64,000 nucleotides of DNA. Origin: Rhizodiscina lignyota (Eukaryota). Numbering within the stretch: position 1 is the stretch's first letter; the number at the start of each line of letters is the position of its first letter. The translations under genes were made by a program, and so were the position numbers. Shown here one piece after another: positions 49,067 to 60,512 of the stretch. The notes beneath the pieces are model-generated. The model saw only the letters and a program-made list of their open reading frames with translations. It was not told where the DNA came from and ran no database searches. The stretch spans positions 434,001 to 498,000 of the forward strand of contig ML978138.1 of NCBI GenBank assembly GCA_010015805.1, given 5' to 3'.

Positions 49067-50974
49067 CTACAGTTGAAAGGCTTGCACAAGACTGGTGATA
49101 GTTTGTTTCACTTTCGTGAGGTTGCCTTCCGCACTCTGTTCGGACGAAAGTGGAGGTTTATCTATTGCCTTAAATGCGTGAACAGGATGAATAGACGGTG
49201 CGTGTTCGATGCAACTTTCGCATAAATCAAAATCGTCACAGATAGTGCATTTGTATCTTGTACCACAAATCCACTGATCGCACTGATCGCAAACAGCATT
49301 GTGCCGATATCCCTGGCCATATTGTAGGGATTGAACGACGAATGTAAGTTCGACTCGTGCTTGGCGGTTCCGTTGATTAGATCTGTAAACATCCTCGCAT
49401 AGAACGTGGACGCAATCCTCCTTCAGCCCTTGTATGCTACTCGCCTGGACAAGTGACCAGAAGTTCGGATTTGATTCGAATCCTTCCACAGCGTGGAAAT
49501 ATCCCCGAAAGTAGCTCTCAGGACCGAACCCTTTGTCCAATTTTTCACGTCTGACTCCAAGTCGTACAGTGAGTCCTTTCCCGTCGTCACTTTCAAAATA
49601 CAGGGAACGGAGGCTGTCGAGCCCTAACCTCTCCACATTCCAGGGGGCAACCCAGCCTATTTGGACCCAGTCGAAACCTGGTGTGCTAGCATCTGAGAGA
49701 AATATCGGAAAGAAGAAGTCAGGGTACTGATCTCTTAAAAGCTTTTCCGCACCGTCTCGTCTCAGAATAGAAGCTCTGGTCATTGCCGTATATTTAAAGG
49801 GAGGTGCCCTGAAAGGAAGATGATCAATGTAATAGTCAGTGTCTTTTCCAGTTGACTTGGCCCATATGGTTCTTGTTGGGGAAGGCAAATGTTTTATGAA
49901 CACGAATTGGCTAGGGTTAATTCGCATAAAAGTGTGGCCATCCAGAAGAATGGCAAGAGAGTTGTCTCCATCAAGTCGCGATGCGTCTGGTTCATAACCG
50001 GGCCAACTATACAGAACCATCGCATATATCTCTTGTTGGGCATGGATACGCAGCGGAACTAGATGGGCCTCTATCTGAATTCCTTTGTTCGTCATTGAAA
50101 ACGGCTGGTAGTTGGAGTTGTCTTCTAATGACGCAACTTGGATGGCCCAAGAGTCAGAAAAAAGGCGAGGGTGCTCTGCGAGTAGACCACATGCGATCCC
50201 TCTCGTTAAGTCGGAGTAGGGATAGCGCCATGCAAATATCGAGAAGTCGTATGAAGATTTCATGATCTCTTCTTGCAGTCGCCGAAAGGCTCTGTCGCCT
50301 TCGCCGTATAGCATGGGCATATTCACGGAGAAGATGCCCATTAAGCTGTATGCCATGTCCTCTGGTCGCGATGTCTCACGTCCAGATGCCCACGACATGC
50401 GATGAGCCACGCTGTAGAATTCTGGTGACGAGATCGATCCAGCAAGAAGCATAGCTGGGATCTTGGTGATACGCATGAGCCTGTCCCTCAATTCGAGTTT
50501 CGTACCAACAAAGTGCCAACCACAAGTATAGAAGCGGACGGTACGTGGTGCAATCAACTCCTGCAAAGTCCAGCCTCTCGTGAACCAACGAGCACTACCA
50601 AGAATATCCTCTTCTTCCAAGCCGGAATGGTTATCCAGTACATCATATAGATACACGTAGCAGACACTAGAATTTCTGTACCAATTGTACATGGAATTGA
50701 TTGCTTCTTGGAGCTCCGCGCTGCTGCTTTTGTCAATGCAGCAAGTATCAATCCAGAAGTATCGGAGATCGTCGGCTGCTGCTTGTTCTGCACAGAATTG
50801 AATCTTGCGATACCCAGCTTTGCTCTTGTCAGTGCCAGCGTTCACATCTTGAAAGCTGACCTCCGTGTTACTATCTGTTGCCCAGGTATGAGACAGTATT
50901 GCATATGGAGGGGCTTCTCCGACAAATTCGTGGAAGACGAGCTCGCCATCAGCATTTCGTTCTAAAAGACGCAT
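49067..50974 (-). CDS. HET-domain (heterokaryon incompatibility, HET-E type) protein with a C-terminal ZZ-type zinc finger; intronless
   Basis: MRLL..PYAILSHTW, FWIDTCCIDKSSSAELQEAINSM, WFTRGWTLQEL and EDMAYSLMGIF..YGEG. ZZ finger: HNAVCDQC..RYKCTICDDFDLCESC..HPVH. Confidence 0.92.
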   Translation of the reverse strand: MRLLERNADGELVFHEFVGEAPPYAILSHTWATDSNTEVSFQDVNAGTDKSKAGYRKIQFCAEQAAADDLRYFWIDTCCIDKSSSAELQEAINSMYNWYRNSSVCYVYLYDVLDNHSGLEEEDILGSARWFTRGWTLQELIAPRTVRFYTCGWHFVGTKLELRDRLMRITKIPAMLLAGSISSPEFYSVAHRMSWASGRETSRPEDMAYSLMGIFSVNMPMLYGEGDRAFRRLQEEIMKSSYDFSIFAWRYPYSDLTRGIACGLLAEHPRLFSDSWAIQVASLEDNSNYQPFSMTNKGIQIEAHLVPLRIHAQQEIYAMVLYSWPGYEPDASRLDGDNSLAILLDGHTFMRINPSQFVFIKHLPSPTRTIWAKSTGKDTDYYIDHLPFRAPPFKYTAMTRASILRRDGAEKLLRDQYPDFFFPIFLSDASTPGFDWVQIGWVAPWNVERLGLDSLRSLYFESDDGKGLTVRLGVRREKLDKGFGPESYFRGYFHAVEGFESNPNFWSLVQASSIQGLKEDCVHVLCEDVYRSNQRNRQARVELTFVVQSLQYGQGYRHNAVCDQCDQWICGTRYKCTICDDFDLCESCIEHAPSIHPVHAFKAIDKPPLSSEQSAEGNLTKVKQTITSLVQAFQL

Positions 50975-51652
50975 GGTGAGGTTACTGAGATCTGTCGTAG
51001 CGGCATGCCTCACATTGCGCTCGTGCAGTTCATCGCATCCATCAATGCAAAGCAATCAATCCAGGTATGAGCCGCACCGTACTCCGTAGGGCGATCAGAA
51101 TTGCGTTATAGTAGACAGGTTGAGTTGAGAACGATCAAGTTCTTGAGCTGAAATGCAGAGGATGGGACGGACGGGAGCGGGCACCTCAGCTGGAGTTGGA
51201 GACGGGATAAGACTGCATCACGTGATCATTCATACATATGTCGAACCTGCATGCTTCCAAGTTTGAGTTCGACTTTATTGAATTTGGCGCCGAAAGACTT
51301 GTACTGTGATGTGTATCCTACAACAGTGAAATAAGAGACCATTGCAGTGGCTATTGTGGCGTCCTCCCTGCGCTGCAGATATCGTAAAGCAGGACGGTCA
51401 TTCGATCCACCATGCTCAGCATCCAGCGCTAGTAACGATCACGGTTCACCGGCCAACCTTTCATATCGAACCAGCCGCAGTCGTCCATATTGTGGAGGAC
51501 TCGCTGTACAAGCCAGGAACGGTCGGTGAGAGAGTCACCTACTATAGAGTGTTGTTGAATCTCAGCACCGCCGTATTGATTGCTCTCATATTGTTCCAAG
51601 ATAACTTTCTCGAAAGGATCGTATTCATACTGCCACTTGAAGAGGTCGTTGA

Positions 51653-51950
51653 GATCTGCTGAAGCCGTTGAACAAGGAAAAGACTCGACATCTGCCGAAA
51701 TTATTGGCCAAAGAGAAGGTTTATCGACATCTGCTGAAACCATTGTCCAAGCAGAAGACATAGAGACGTCTGGTGAAACCATCGCCCAAGGAGAAGAGAT
51801 ATCTCCATTCGCTGAAACCATCCATGGGGCGGGTTCATCGACATCTGCCGAGATCATAGGACAAGGAGAAGACTCATCCCCATCTGCTAAAACCATTGGA
51901 CAAGGAGCAGGTTCATCAACATCTGCTAAAAGTGTTGAAGAAGGAAGAGG
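51653..51950. repeat. Degenerate 39-bp (two 36-bp variants) tandem array, about 8 units, open in frame on both strands
   Basis: Units begin CATCTGCYRAAA. The minus-strand translation is a 13-aa repeat like MVSADVDEPAPCP. Confidence 0.85.
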
Positions 51951-52094
51951 AGCGCTAGGAGCCTCACGATGTTGCCTTCGAGTAACCCGTGGCTTCTTTG
52001 GAACAAGATGTGGTCGCAAAACTGCAAATCTTTAACGCAAGCCTTCAACACACTCTCGCACATTCGCGAAATATTCGACGCTTCTTGCTGATGC

Positions 52095-52424
52095 TCAATC
52101 TTGAGACGCACTCTCTTTCCTCGGCGTTGTATCCATCTTCATAGTCTCTTCGTCCAAGTCCAGGCCCGACGTGTCCAGACCTTGCATCCTTGCCTGCTCC
52201 AATAACTTCTTGCGCTCTTCGATTTGCGCCCGCATGTATTCCAGAGTTGCCTGTAGCACGACTGCCTCGCTGCGGCCCTGCCCTTCCATGCCGGGTACGA
52301 TGGTGGCGAGACGGTCGAAGCCTTCGCGGATGGCTTGACGACGCTTCTGCTCGGACGCGATGTGGTTGTTCTTCTTCTCTTTCTCGGTCAGGCGAGGCTT
52401 TTCCGCACCCTTGGGACTCGACAT
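52095..52424 (-). CDS. INO4: Small bHLH transcription factor, Ino4/Max-like
   Basis: EKEKKNNHIASEQKRRQAIREGFDRLATIVPGMEGQGRSEAVVL..YMR basic-HLH region. Confidence 0.75.
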   Translation of the reverse strand: MSSPKGAEKPRLTEKEKKNNHIASEQKRRQAIREGFDRLATIVPGMEGQGRSEAVVLQATLEYMRAQIEERKKLLEQARMQGLDTSGLDLDEETMKMDTTPRKESASQD

Positions 52425-53061
52425 GGTGCTAGCAAGGCTGAGAAAGGTTTTTGATCTTCGAGAGTCTGTAGATCAATTGAGACGTTGATGGTTGAGGCTA
52501 TGATAAAGCTGTGATGCAATGAGATGTTAAAGCTCCGTTAATCTGAATCGGTGAGTTGATGAGAAGACAAGTTCTCGAGCTGTGCGCGAGGGTTCATGAG
52601 GTATATATAGCCGCGACCGAGCAACAGCGCGGGGCAGGGGCGTGTGGCCGAATTGAAATGTTGAATTTACATGTGGTCGAAGCTGCGGGTGGAGAAGGCG
52701 CAAAGACGATCGTCGCCTCGTGGCACGCCCGGGGGCTGCAGCACCGAGCGGCAGGGGCTGTGATTGGCTGCCAACCGTACCCATGTTTCACCCGATGCTC
52801 GTCGTCACTGCACCCAAACCTCCGACCAATTCACTCTCACCAAACGAGCTCCGCGGGCCACGACAAAGTCGCCGCTTTGCCCTCGAGAGCTACTTCCTCA
52901 GCTTCCACCGCTGACAAATTCTTCACCACTTCTAACACTGCTGCTCTCGCCTTACGCTGCTCCGCTCCTCCTCCACATTTATGTTGGCCCCTCTCCTCGA
53001 CCTCCTGACCTCTCCAGACTAAGAGCAGCGGCGTCACCTTCACGCCAACGCAATCGCTGCA

Positions 53062-56000
53062 ATGTCGGACGCTTCCACGCGCATGCGTAACAAGTCGCGC
53101 GTCAACTCTCTCCAGCAGAGCGGCATCCTTCGCCGTGATGGCTCCTACTCTCGCAAGAAGTCCATCTCACCAAACGACGTCTACCTTTTTGCTCTCCGCG
53201 TTGCATACCTCTCCTATCTCCTTCAGCCGCGAGTAAGACGAGTCCAACATGTCCCATCAGCGAACCAGAAGATTGCGCGCTCGTCGACGAGCTCGATGGA
53301 TCTGCTCAAGGACTTTAGCTTGATCAGAGACAGCAAGAGCACGAGGTTCCCTCATGGCTTCATGGCGATGCTGGATACGCGGATAACAGGTGTGCTGATG
53401 GGCAAAGAGAAGATGCCAGAGTACAATGATGCCTTGGTCAAGCGTACGTTTGCAGTATTCTTGAACGCATTCAAAGAGCAGACATTTCGGAAAAATATGG
53501 AGAAGGACAGGAGAGTGGAAGATCTTCTGCTCATCTTCTTTAGCAACGCGACGAAAGAGCTGCAGAAGGGCAAAGCGCCGGAGGACGATGCCTGGAAGTT
53601 GATGGTAGACAGGCATGTGGCGCTGTTCATTCGGCTCGTCAGCAGTATCTTGAAGGACCACGAGTGGAGCAGGGATCGACCGGAGTTGGCAAGCAGGCTT
53701 CAGACATTGGAGAAGAAACTTCTGATTCACGACCAAGACTTGGCAGCAGAGTCACAGCGTAATGGAGGTGCAGGTGGCTCCACTGTCGAAGTCGAGGTTC
53801 CACGGAGCTACCAAGTGAAGGATATGCCTCTTGTGATAACGGTTCAGCGAATTTTCAGGAAAGAGTACGACGATGTACAGGCAGACATCATCGCGTACAA
53901 ATCCATCTGGACCGAAAAGGCAGCATTGCAAGATTTGAAGATGTACCAGACGAATCTTGCGCTGAACAACAAGAAGACACTTTCGAGCGATGACTTTGAC
54001 ACAGAAGATGCCTATGAAGCATGGAGAAAGGCAGAGGTTGCAGATCTTTCACAGATGATGCTCGCAATCGTGCAGTCGAACATGGAGCTCGCGAAAGAGA
54101 CGTCAAGTGCATCCCTCCCTCAATTCAAGGCGGCAAACGGAGTCACCAGTCCGCCTCCTGGATCTGAGTTCTCAGAGTTGTCCCGAAAAGTCACCGAGCC
54201 AGATAACTCTAGCTCATATGTCATTGATCAACCAGTCGACATGAGCGGCTACAGTTCAACAGAGCAGTCGAATGGTAATGGTTTCTCGGATGACGATCCC
54301 TACACGTACATTCCACCAGATCCGAGAGCCTACTATCGCCTGGTTCTCAAGGAGGCATTCACATTCGATTTGAGAGACAGCGAATTGCAGCCGTCAGAAG
54401 CTACATCCGAGACGCCGGCGCTCAAGCTCCTCAGCAAGCACTCAACGGAGCTCTTGAGTGAGATTGCATTGAGATGGCGTATCCCGCAATTCTCTCGTCC
54501 AGTTTTGTTCCTCGATGTCGTTCGCGAGAAGTATCAGCATGAGGAAATTAGCCTCGACACTCTTGATGCGGCATTCCTATACGTCAAGGAGCCACAACAC
54601 CAGCAGGACCTCAAAAAATCTGGCAATCGCGCGAGCTTGATGGCGCTTTCCCATCTCCAAGAGTCGCTATTCGACTGGCACAAGTGGATGGTTAAAGACT
54701 ACGCACTCCATATCTCCAACTACACAGCGCTGCGAGACAATCTCTTGCGCGATCTTTTCGGCTTGATACTACAATGCTACGATTCGAAAGCGCCAGATAT
54801 CGGACCAGTGATGTATATTCTGAACGAGCACATCAACGCCGATCCACTGTTCAGCGACAAGGCCGAGCCACCAGCGTCGTATACGATGGAACTGAAAGAG
54901 GCGCTTCAAGAGCGTGCATTCGAAGTGTATCAAGACATGGTCCGCAAGCTGGTCCCGGATGTCAGAGAAGAATGCGAGTTCTATCACATTATCGAGCTGG
55001 GCAAGGCAGTCGTCAAGCTCTGCGAGAAGATTCAGAAGCGATACCGGAAGAACCCGCAAATCATGGGCGTGTCGCCGCTCATGACGCTTGTGGGCGAGGT
55101 GTTGCCTGCATATGCAGGGGACGCGAAACACCTGGTCATCCAGATCACCGAGTTAACAGCAGCCAAGGATGATGTCGTTCCCATACAAGACGGATTTGAC
55201 CTCTATCGCGAGATGGTCGAAATTCGTCAAGTGCACGCCAACGCGCTTCCGGATGTACCATTCAAGTTTGACGTTGAAGATCACCTGCAAGATTTCGTTT
55301 GGCGCTATCTAGCAGACGTCGACTCTAAGATCGTCCTGTGGGTGGAAGAAGCCGCCAAACAGGACACGTTCCAAATGCGCCATGCCGCTGGAAATATGCC
55401 TACAGATGACGAGCGACATAGTGAATCAGTCATTGATATATTTCGCAGCTTCAACCAGAGTGTCGATCAGATCTTCCAGCTCAATTGGGATAATGATCTG
55501 CATTACGCAAAGTTCATGACTGCCATGTCGAAGTCAATCAGCATGGGTATAACTCGCTATTCTGAGATTCTTGAACAGCAGTTCGTCAAAGAAATGGATC
55601 GCCTCACGCCAGAACAAGAAGCTTCCAAAGGTGCAACAAGACAGGAGAAGTGGATGCAGATGGCCAAGGACGCATGGGCGAACAAGGAAAAGATCGAGCC
55701 GTTCCAGTTTGCTGCGGAGTCTCTGGTCAAGCTGAACAACATCGAATGGGCGACGCTGCAGCTTGATGCACTCAGTAAGAACATGAACGTCGACGCGTGC
55801 GCGGATGTCATTGAAAAGAATACATCTGCACAACAAATGCAGCAACAACTCAAAAGAAAGAACGAGAAGTACGTCTTCACGATCAAGATCATTGAGGGGG
55901 AGGACTTGAAGGCTTGCGATATGAATGGCCTGAGCGATCCGTACGTTGTGCTGGGCGATGAGTATCAGAAGCGCCTTGCCAAGACGCGTGTCATCTACTC

Positions 56001-57412
56001 TAACCTGAACCCGAGATGGGATGAGAGTGTCGATATCACTACTTCTGGCCCACTCAACATCATTGCGACAATCTGGGATCACGATACCCTTGGCGATCAT
56101 GACTGCGTTGGCCGCACGAGCTTGAAGCTCGACCCTGCTCACTTCCGGGACTACGTGCCTCGAGAATACTGGCTGGACCTCGATACTCAAGGTCGACTGC
56201 TACTCAGAGTCAGCATGGAAGGAGAGCGCGACGACATTCGCTTCTGGTTCGGCAAAGGCATGCGTGGTCTCAAGAGATGTGAGCGCGAAATGACAAGAGG
56301 AATCGTGGACAAACTCTCCGCATACATCCACCACTGTCTGTCAAAAGGCGGGCTGAAGAGACTGCTCAACAAAGGATACGTGGAAAGAGTGGGGGCAATG
56401 ACGTCTTGGTTCCAGTCCAAAACTACAAACGCCCGCCAATCCATTCAGTTCAACTTGACGTCTCCACCTGGTGCTACGCCACCGTCGCGACCGGGACTTG
56501 CGTCGAATGCTTCGGTGAAGATGCCGAGCCCAGCGGAGATTGAGGGCGCGTTGAAGAGCTTGCTTGAGTATTTCGATGAGAATTTCGCGATTATGAAGGA
56601 GACTTTGACGGAGTCGGCGATGATCGCTGTCATGACGAGGATCTGGAAGGAAGTGCTCAACACATTGGAAGGCCTCTTGGTCCCGCCGCTAAGCGACAAG
56701 CCAAGCGGCCAAAAGCCACTAAACAGAGTGGAGTGCGACGTAGTCTTCCGCTGGCTTGATGTGAGTCTTCATTCATCCCAGCCCCGAACGTACATGGTCT
56801 TTTGCTAATACAGATCACCTTTAGGTACTTCTCCGATTTTTCAATGCGATAGACGAAGAGACTGGCCAAGCCAACGGTATCCCCATGGACGTCCTAAAGT
56901 CCCCGAAATACCACGATCTGTGCAACCTCGCCTTTTTCTACTTCGAAGAAACAGACTCGCTGATCCGGCAGTCCGAATTCATGGCCTCCGCCTCTGTCAA
57001 CCGCCAGCAGGAACAGGCCGCACGGTTGAACCGGCTGTCTGCGCCCACGCCAACCACGCCTACCATCTCTGGCGGCCCTGGCGGCTTTAACTTCGGCGGG
57101 TTTGGCGGCCAATATGGTCTGCCAAGCACAAGGAGGAGTAAGACGATCATGTTGTCTAGGAATCTGGGCACGATGCGCAAGGCGAAAGAAGAGAAGAGGA
57201 AGGAGGCACAGGCGGAGCCGAGTGATGATATGATCCTGAGGATTCTGAGGATGAGGCCCGAGGCAGAGAGGTATTTGAAGGATCGGTCCAGGCAGAAGGA
57301 ACGACTGCAGGCGGCCGCAGCCGCGGAGCAGATCGTGAGGATGAGTCTGGCGCAGGGTATGGCCGGCAGTAATGCAGGCGGTGGACTGCAGAGGGGACTG
57401 CCGAGACGTTGA
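53062..57412 (+). CDS. Munc13/UNC-13-like protein (MUN/MHD domains + C2 domain; Yor296w/Ync13/Git1-like); 2 exons
   Basis: C2 domain IIEGEDLKACDMNGLSDPYV..LNPRWDE..WDHDTLGDHD, flanked by MHD1 (HSESVIDIF) and MHD2 (LLEYFDENFAIM) regions. Intron 56761-56824. Confidence 0.9.
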
Positions 57413-57847
57413 AGAGTTATGAGATGATGAGAGATTGACAGATTGACTTCAGAGAGGGTGGGCAAGATACTGAAGGATGATGATGGGATGAGATAATGGT
57501 AGGTTCTGTGTATATCTTACTTCGCATGGTGGTTTGCTCTTGCGGGCTTAGCGGGTGTCCTGAATGGGTGGTATGGAAATGCTTTCCGAATGCTTTTCTG
57601 GACTGTGCTCGAGCGAAGCGATTGGTAATGATCCGGCTGAAGTGTAATGCGTTCATGGTTGGCTAGATGAAGTTGCCAGCTACGAAGGAAGGGAAGCGCT
57701 TGAGCTGAATGTTTTTGTGAATACTCCGTAGTGGCGTTAGCATATGGTAGTATACCCGGATAGAGCAGCATTGAATGAATTTTGGGAATGACGTTTGACT
57801 GTGCAAATGACTTTCAATTTTGCTAGTGAGGAATTACCGCTGCTAAA

Positions 57848-58600
57848 TCAGTGCTCTACGGTAATGGAGAAGAAGTGTACATCCGATGCCGAGCTGCCTT
57901 GGTTGTAATTTCCAACCTTGAAATAGCTCGGCGGTGCATCAAGGCTGTATGTGCTCAGCGTCTTTGCTGCGCCTCCGTTTATGCTGATGCTCAAAACGTT
58001 CGATTGATACGAAAGCTCGTAGGTGAACGTCGTTCCAACTGCAATATTGCCAACCTTTGTCAGAATCTCGTTGCCGCCGCTCTGCGTCTGCTCCACGCCG
58101 ACCTGAATGTCGCCGGCGGAGTTGTAGTAGATCTCGCACACAGGCTTGCTAGATACGCTATCGTCGATGTGCACCTGCCCGATAACCGTGCCCGAGCCGC
58201 TGTTATCTGGCGTCTTGACAGCAAGAGACACGGTCATCCGATTCGTAACCGCGTTTGGATCCCAACTCGAGGGGTTCGACTCGCGAAGCTCCGTCCGACA
58301 GTGGAGGCTATTGGGTGTCGTGACGCAGCCTGATGATGAAGGGCTACCAGGTACTTTCATAACGAGGGCACCATCGCCGCTTTCGGTGAAGAAGTATTGG
58401 TGGCCGGAGTCTTGGTAGCCGCTGCAGCTTTCGAGCTGCGAGCTGGAGATGGTGGTTGGGCTGCCGGTGCTCCCGGTGGGGAGCTGGAGGGACCAGATGC
58501 TGAGGTCGAAGTTGCCTCCTGGGGCACAGCTTGGGTTGAGAGCGAGGGTGCGGAGGGCAAAAGGGAGGAGGGAGAGGGTTGAAAGGAAGAGTTTGGACAT
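57848..58600 (-). CDS. Secreted polysaccharide lyase family 7 (alginate/glucuronan lyase), intronless
   Basis: Signal peptide and the three PL7 conserved blocks RTELRE, QVH and YFKVGNYNQ. Confidence 0.9.
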   Translation of the reverse strand: MSKLFLSTLSLLPFALRTLALNPSCAPGGNFDLSIWSLQLPTGSTGSPTTISSSQLESCSGYQDSGHQYFFTESGDGALVMKVPGSPSSSGCVTTPNSLHCRTELRESNPSSWDPNAVTNRMTVSLAVKTPDNSGSGTVIGQVHIDDSVSSKPVCEIYYNSAGDIQVGVEQTQSGGNEILTKVGNIAVGTTFTYELSYQSNVLSISINGGAAKTLSTYSLDAPPSYFKVGNYNQGSSASDVHFFSITVEH

Positions 58601-60512
58601 CTTGTTCGATTATGTGTTGACGTCCTTGAAGAAACAGAAGAGTTTCGAGGAAGACAAGATGAAATATAACTTGGAGACTGGAGGACAGAGCTGAATGTCG
58701 ACAAAGACCAAAATAACTCACGAGAAACTATATGGGATTTATATGTTTCAATGTTTCACAGGATACCTTAGAACACGCTGCTGCTGTAACCCATCAAATG
58801 ACCGATCTCATGCGCAAGGAACGCTCAGTCCATTGCTCTGGAATTACCCAGTTGCACTCCTCACGGCGAATATGCTCTACTAAGTAGGCACTTGGTGTTT
58901 CTACTGTTTCGAGATATAACAGCCGCATGAAACCCTCGTATCGCGGAGATCTACATGGCTTTCTTCCTCCAAACGGACCTTGAAACACGTCGAATTTCCG
59001 TTTTCGCCGCGTCGGCCGGAGCCACTCCTCCTATTGAATAGCTCTCCAGAAACCGCGAGGACAGTGTTTTGGCGCAGGACTACGGTGTCCGCGATTAATA
59101 TTCCGCGAATAACGGAATATAATTAATGGGTGGTGATGGCTGTGGTGGCAGAGTTACATCGCCTGAACCGGAACGGGCAGGAGGCTGAACTATGGAACGC
59201 GGCGTGACGCGGGGGCCTGCAAGACAACATTAACTCTTTTGATGGTTCTCTGGATGTCCAGCTCTTTTAAAAGGCAGTTGAAATGGCCTATATTTGCCTT
59301 TCGCTTGCATGATTGTCATTGTGGTCCTGTTCTGTCCCCGAAAACGTTCAGTCATTCTCCAATAATAGGGGTTCGACGTTGTCCGCCACCGAGCCAGAAG
59401 GGTCCTTCCAGAGGGGCATTTCCGCATATCTTGCTTCTTTATAGGCATTAGGAATACTCCCGATCACTGTATACTCGGTATTAGTGCGCCCTTTGGAGGG
59501 CTCGGAAACGTGATGGTTCATGTGAACTCCGCAGAGGTCGGAGATGCAACGAACTGCCGAAGGAGGACTAGCGAGTTCCCCGCAATGTGGCTTGCCAAGA
59601 GGCCGGAAGATCATGCAAAGCTTCTTTTTGCCGTACCGAACCTTGCTCTTGCCTCGCCGCTCTCCCTTTCTCCTCCATCGTCATCTGTACTTTTCGTGCC
59701 GTGCCGCCTCGCTCCACCTGGTTTGCTTGCGTCTTTTCGAAGCCGGTCCGAGAAGCCGGTCCGAGTTCAATTGTCCCTCGTTCTCCTGCCAGTGCAGCCG
59801 CTATTGTGTCATCGATCAAGCTGAAGACAGCTAGAGTCGTTCGGATGATGGCCAGAAGAGAGTTCCACGACCGATGCTAAAGTCTCCTCTTGGCTGAAGT
59901 TTTCACTCGCTTCCATATCGCGTGGCTGACAGACATTTGAAGTCTTATGGTACTGGTGTACGTGCACACATCGAGTACTCTGAGCCGATAGTTCGTCTCC
60001 GGATATTTTCGAGATGTGGATCTTTCGACAATCGGCGCAAGCATTGCTTGGAATTCTCAACATTTCTCAGCATTCAAGTGGGTCTTCCAAGAATCTGGTG
60101 AGTAAGAAATACGATCTTTTTCTCGCGCGTTTTCTCCATTTCTGATCCAGGTGATCGTCTTCCCGCACCTCCGGTCTCTCGTTACCCACTCATCGCCATT
60201 CGTCTATGCACCAAAGGTTAGCTTACAGCTCTGTCGGGCTAGCTACATCATTCATCCTTGCTCAAGCTTCTGTTGTTCCTGGATTGTCGTCATTTTTCTA
60301 GAAGTTTGTTTGCGGGGTTGCTGCAGGAGCTACCCCAGGAGCCAGCTCCGCAAATGTGTCTGCGGACCAAGAGCTTTGAGAATTTCGTATATCATGTTGA
60401 ACGCGTCCCGCATCTTGCCGTGTTCCTTCTGTTCGCCTTTCTCAAGCCATTGGGCCTTAATCAAGTAATCTTCCAGTCGTGAGAAGCCCACAATTGGTGC
60501 TCATCGCTCACG

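Noticed and set aside
51653..51950. Repeat array as a CRISPR-like locus
   Set aside because: The units are contiguous, degenerate and codon-phased with no unique spacers. There are no cas genes and the DNA is eukaryotic.
29064..52424. PAH1 and the INO4-like bHLH as a phospholipid-regulation cluster
   Set aside because: They are about 20 kb apart with many unrelated genes between them, so the co-occurrence is probably chance.
55534..56190. 218-aa minus-strand ORF inside the Munc13-like gene
   Set aside because: It is an antisense shadow ORF with no independent coding signal.
59100..59200. AmyR site (CGG-N8-MGG) upstream of GH31
   Set aside because: The CGG pairs I checked have the wrong spacing (e.g. 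N7), and I found no clean match.
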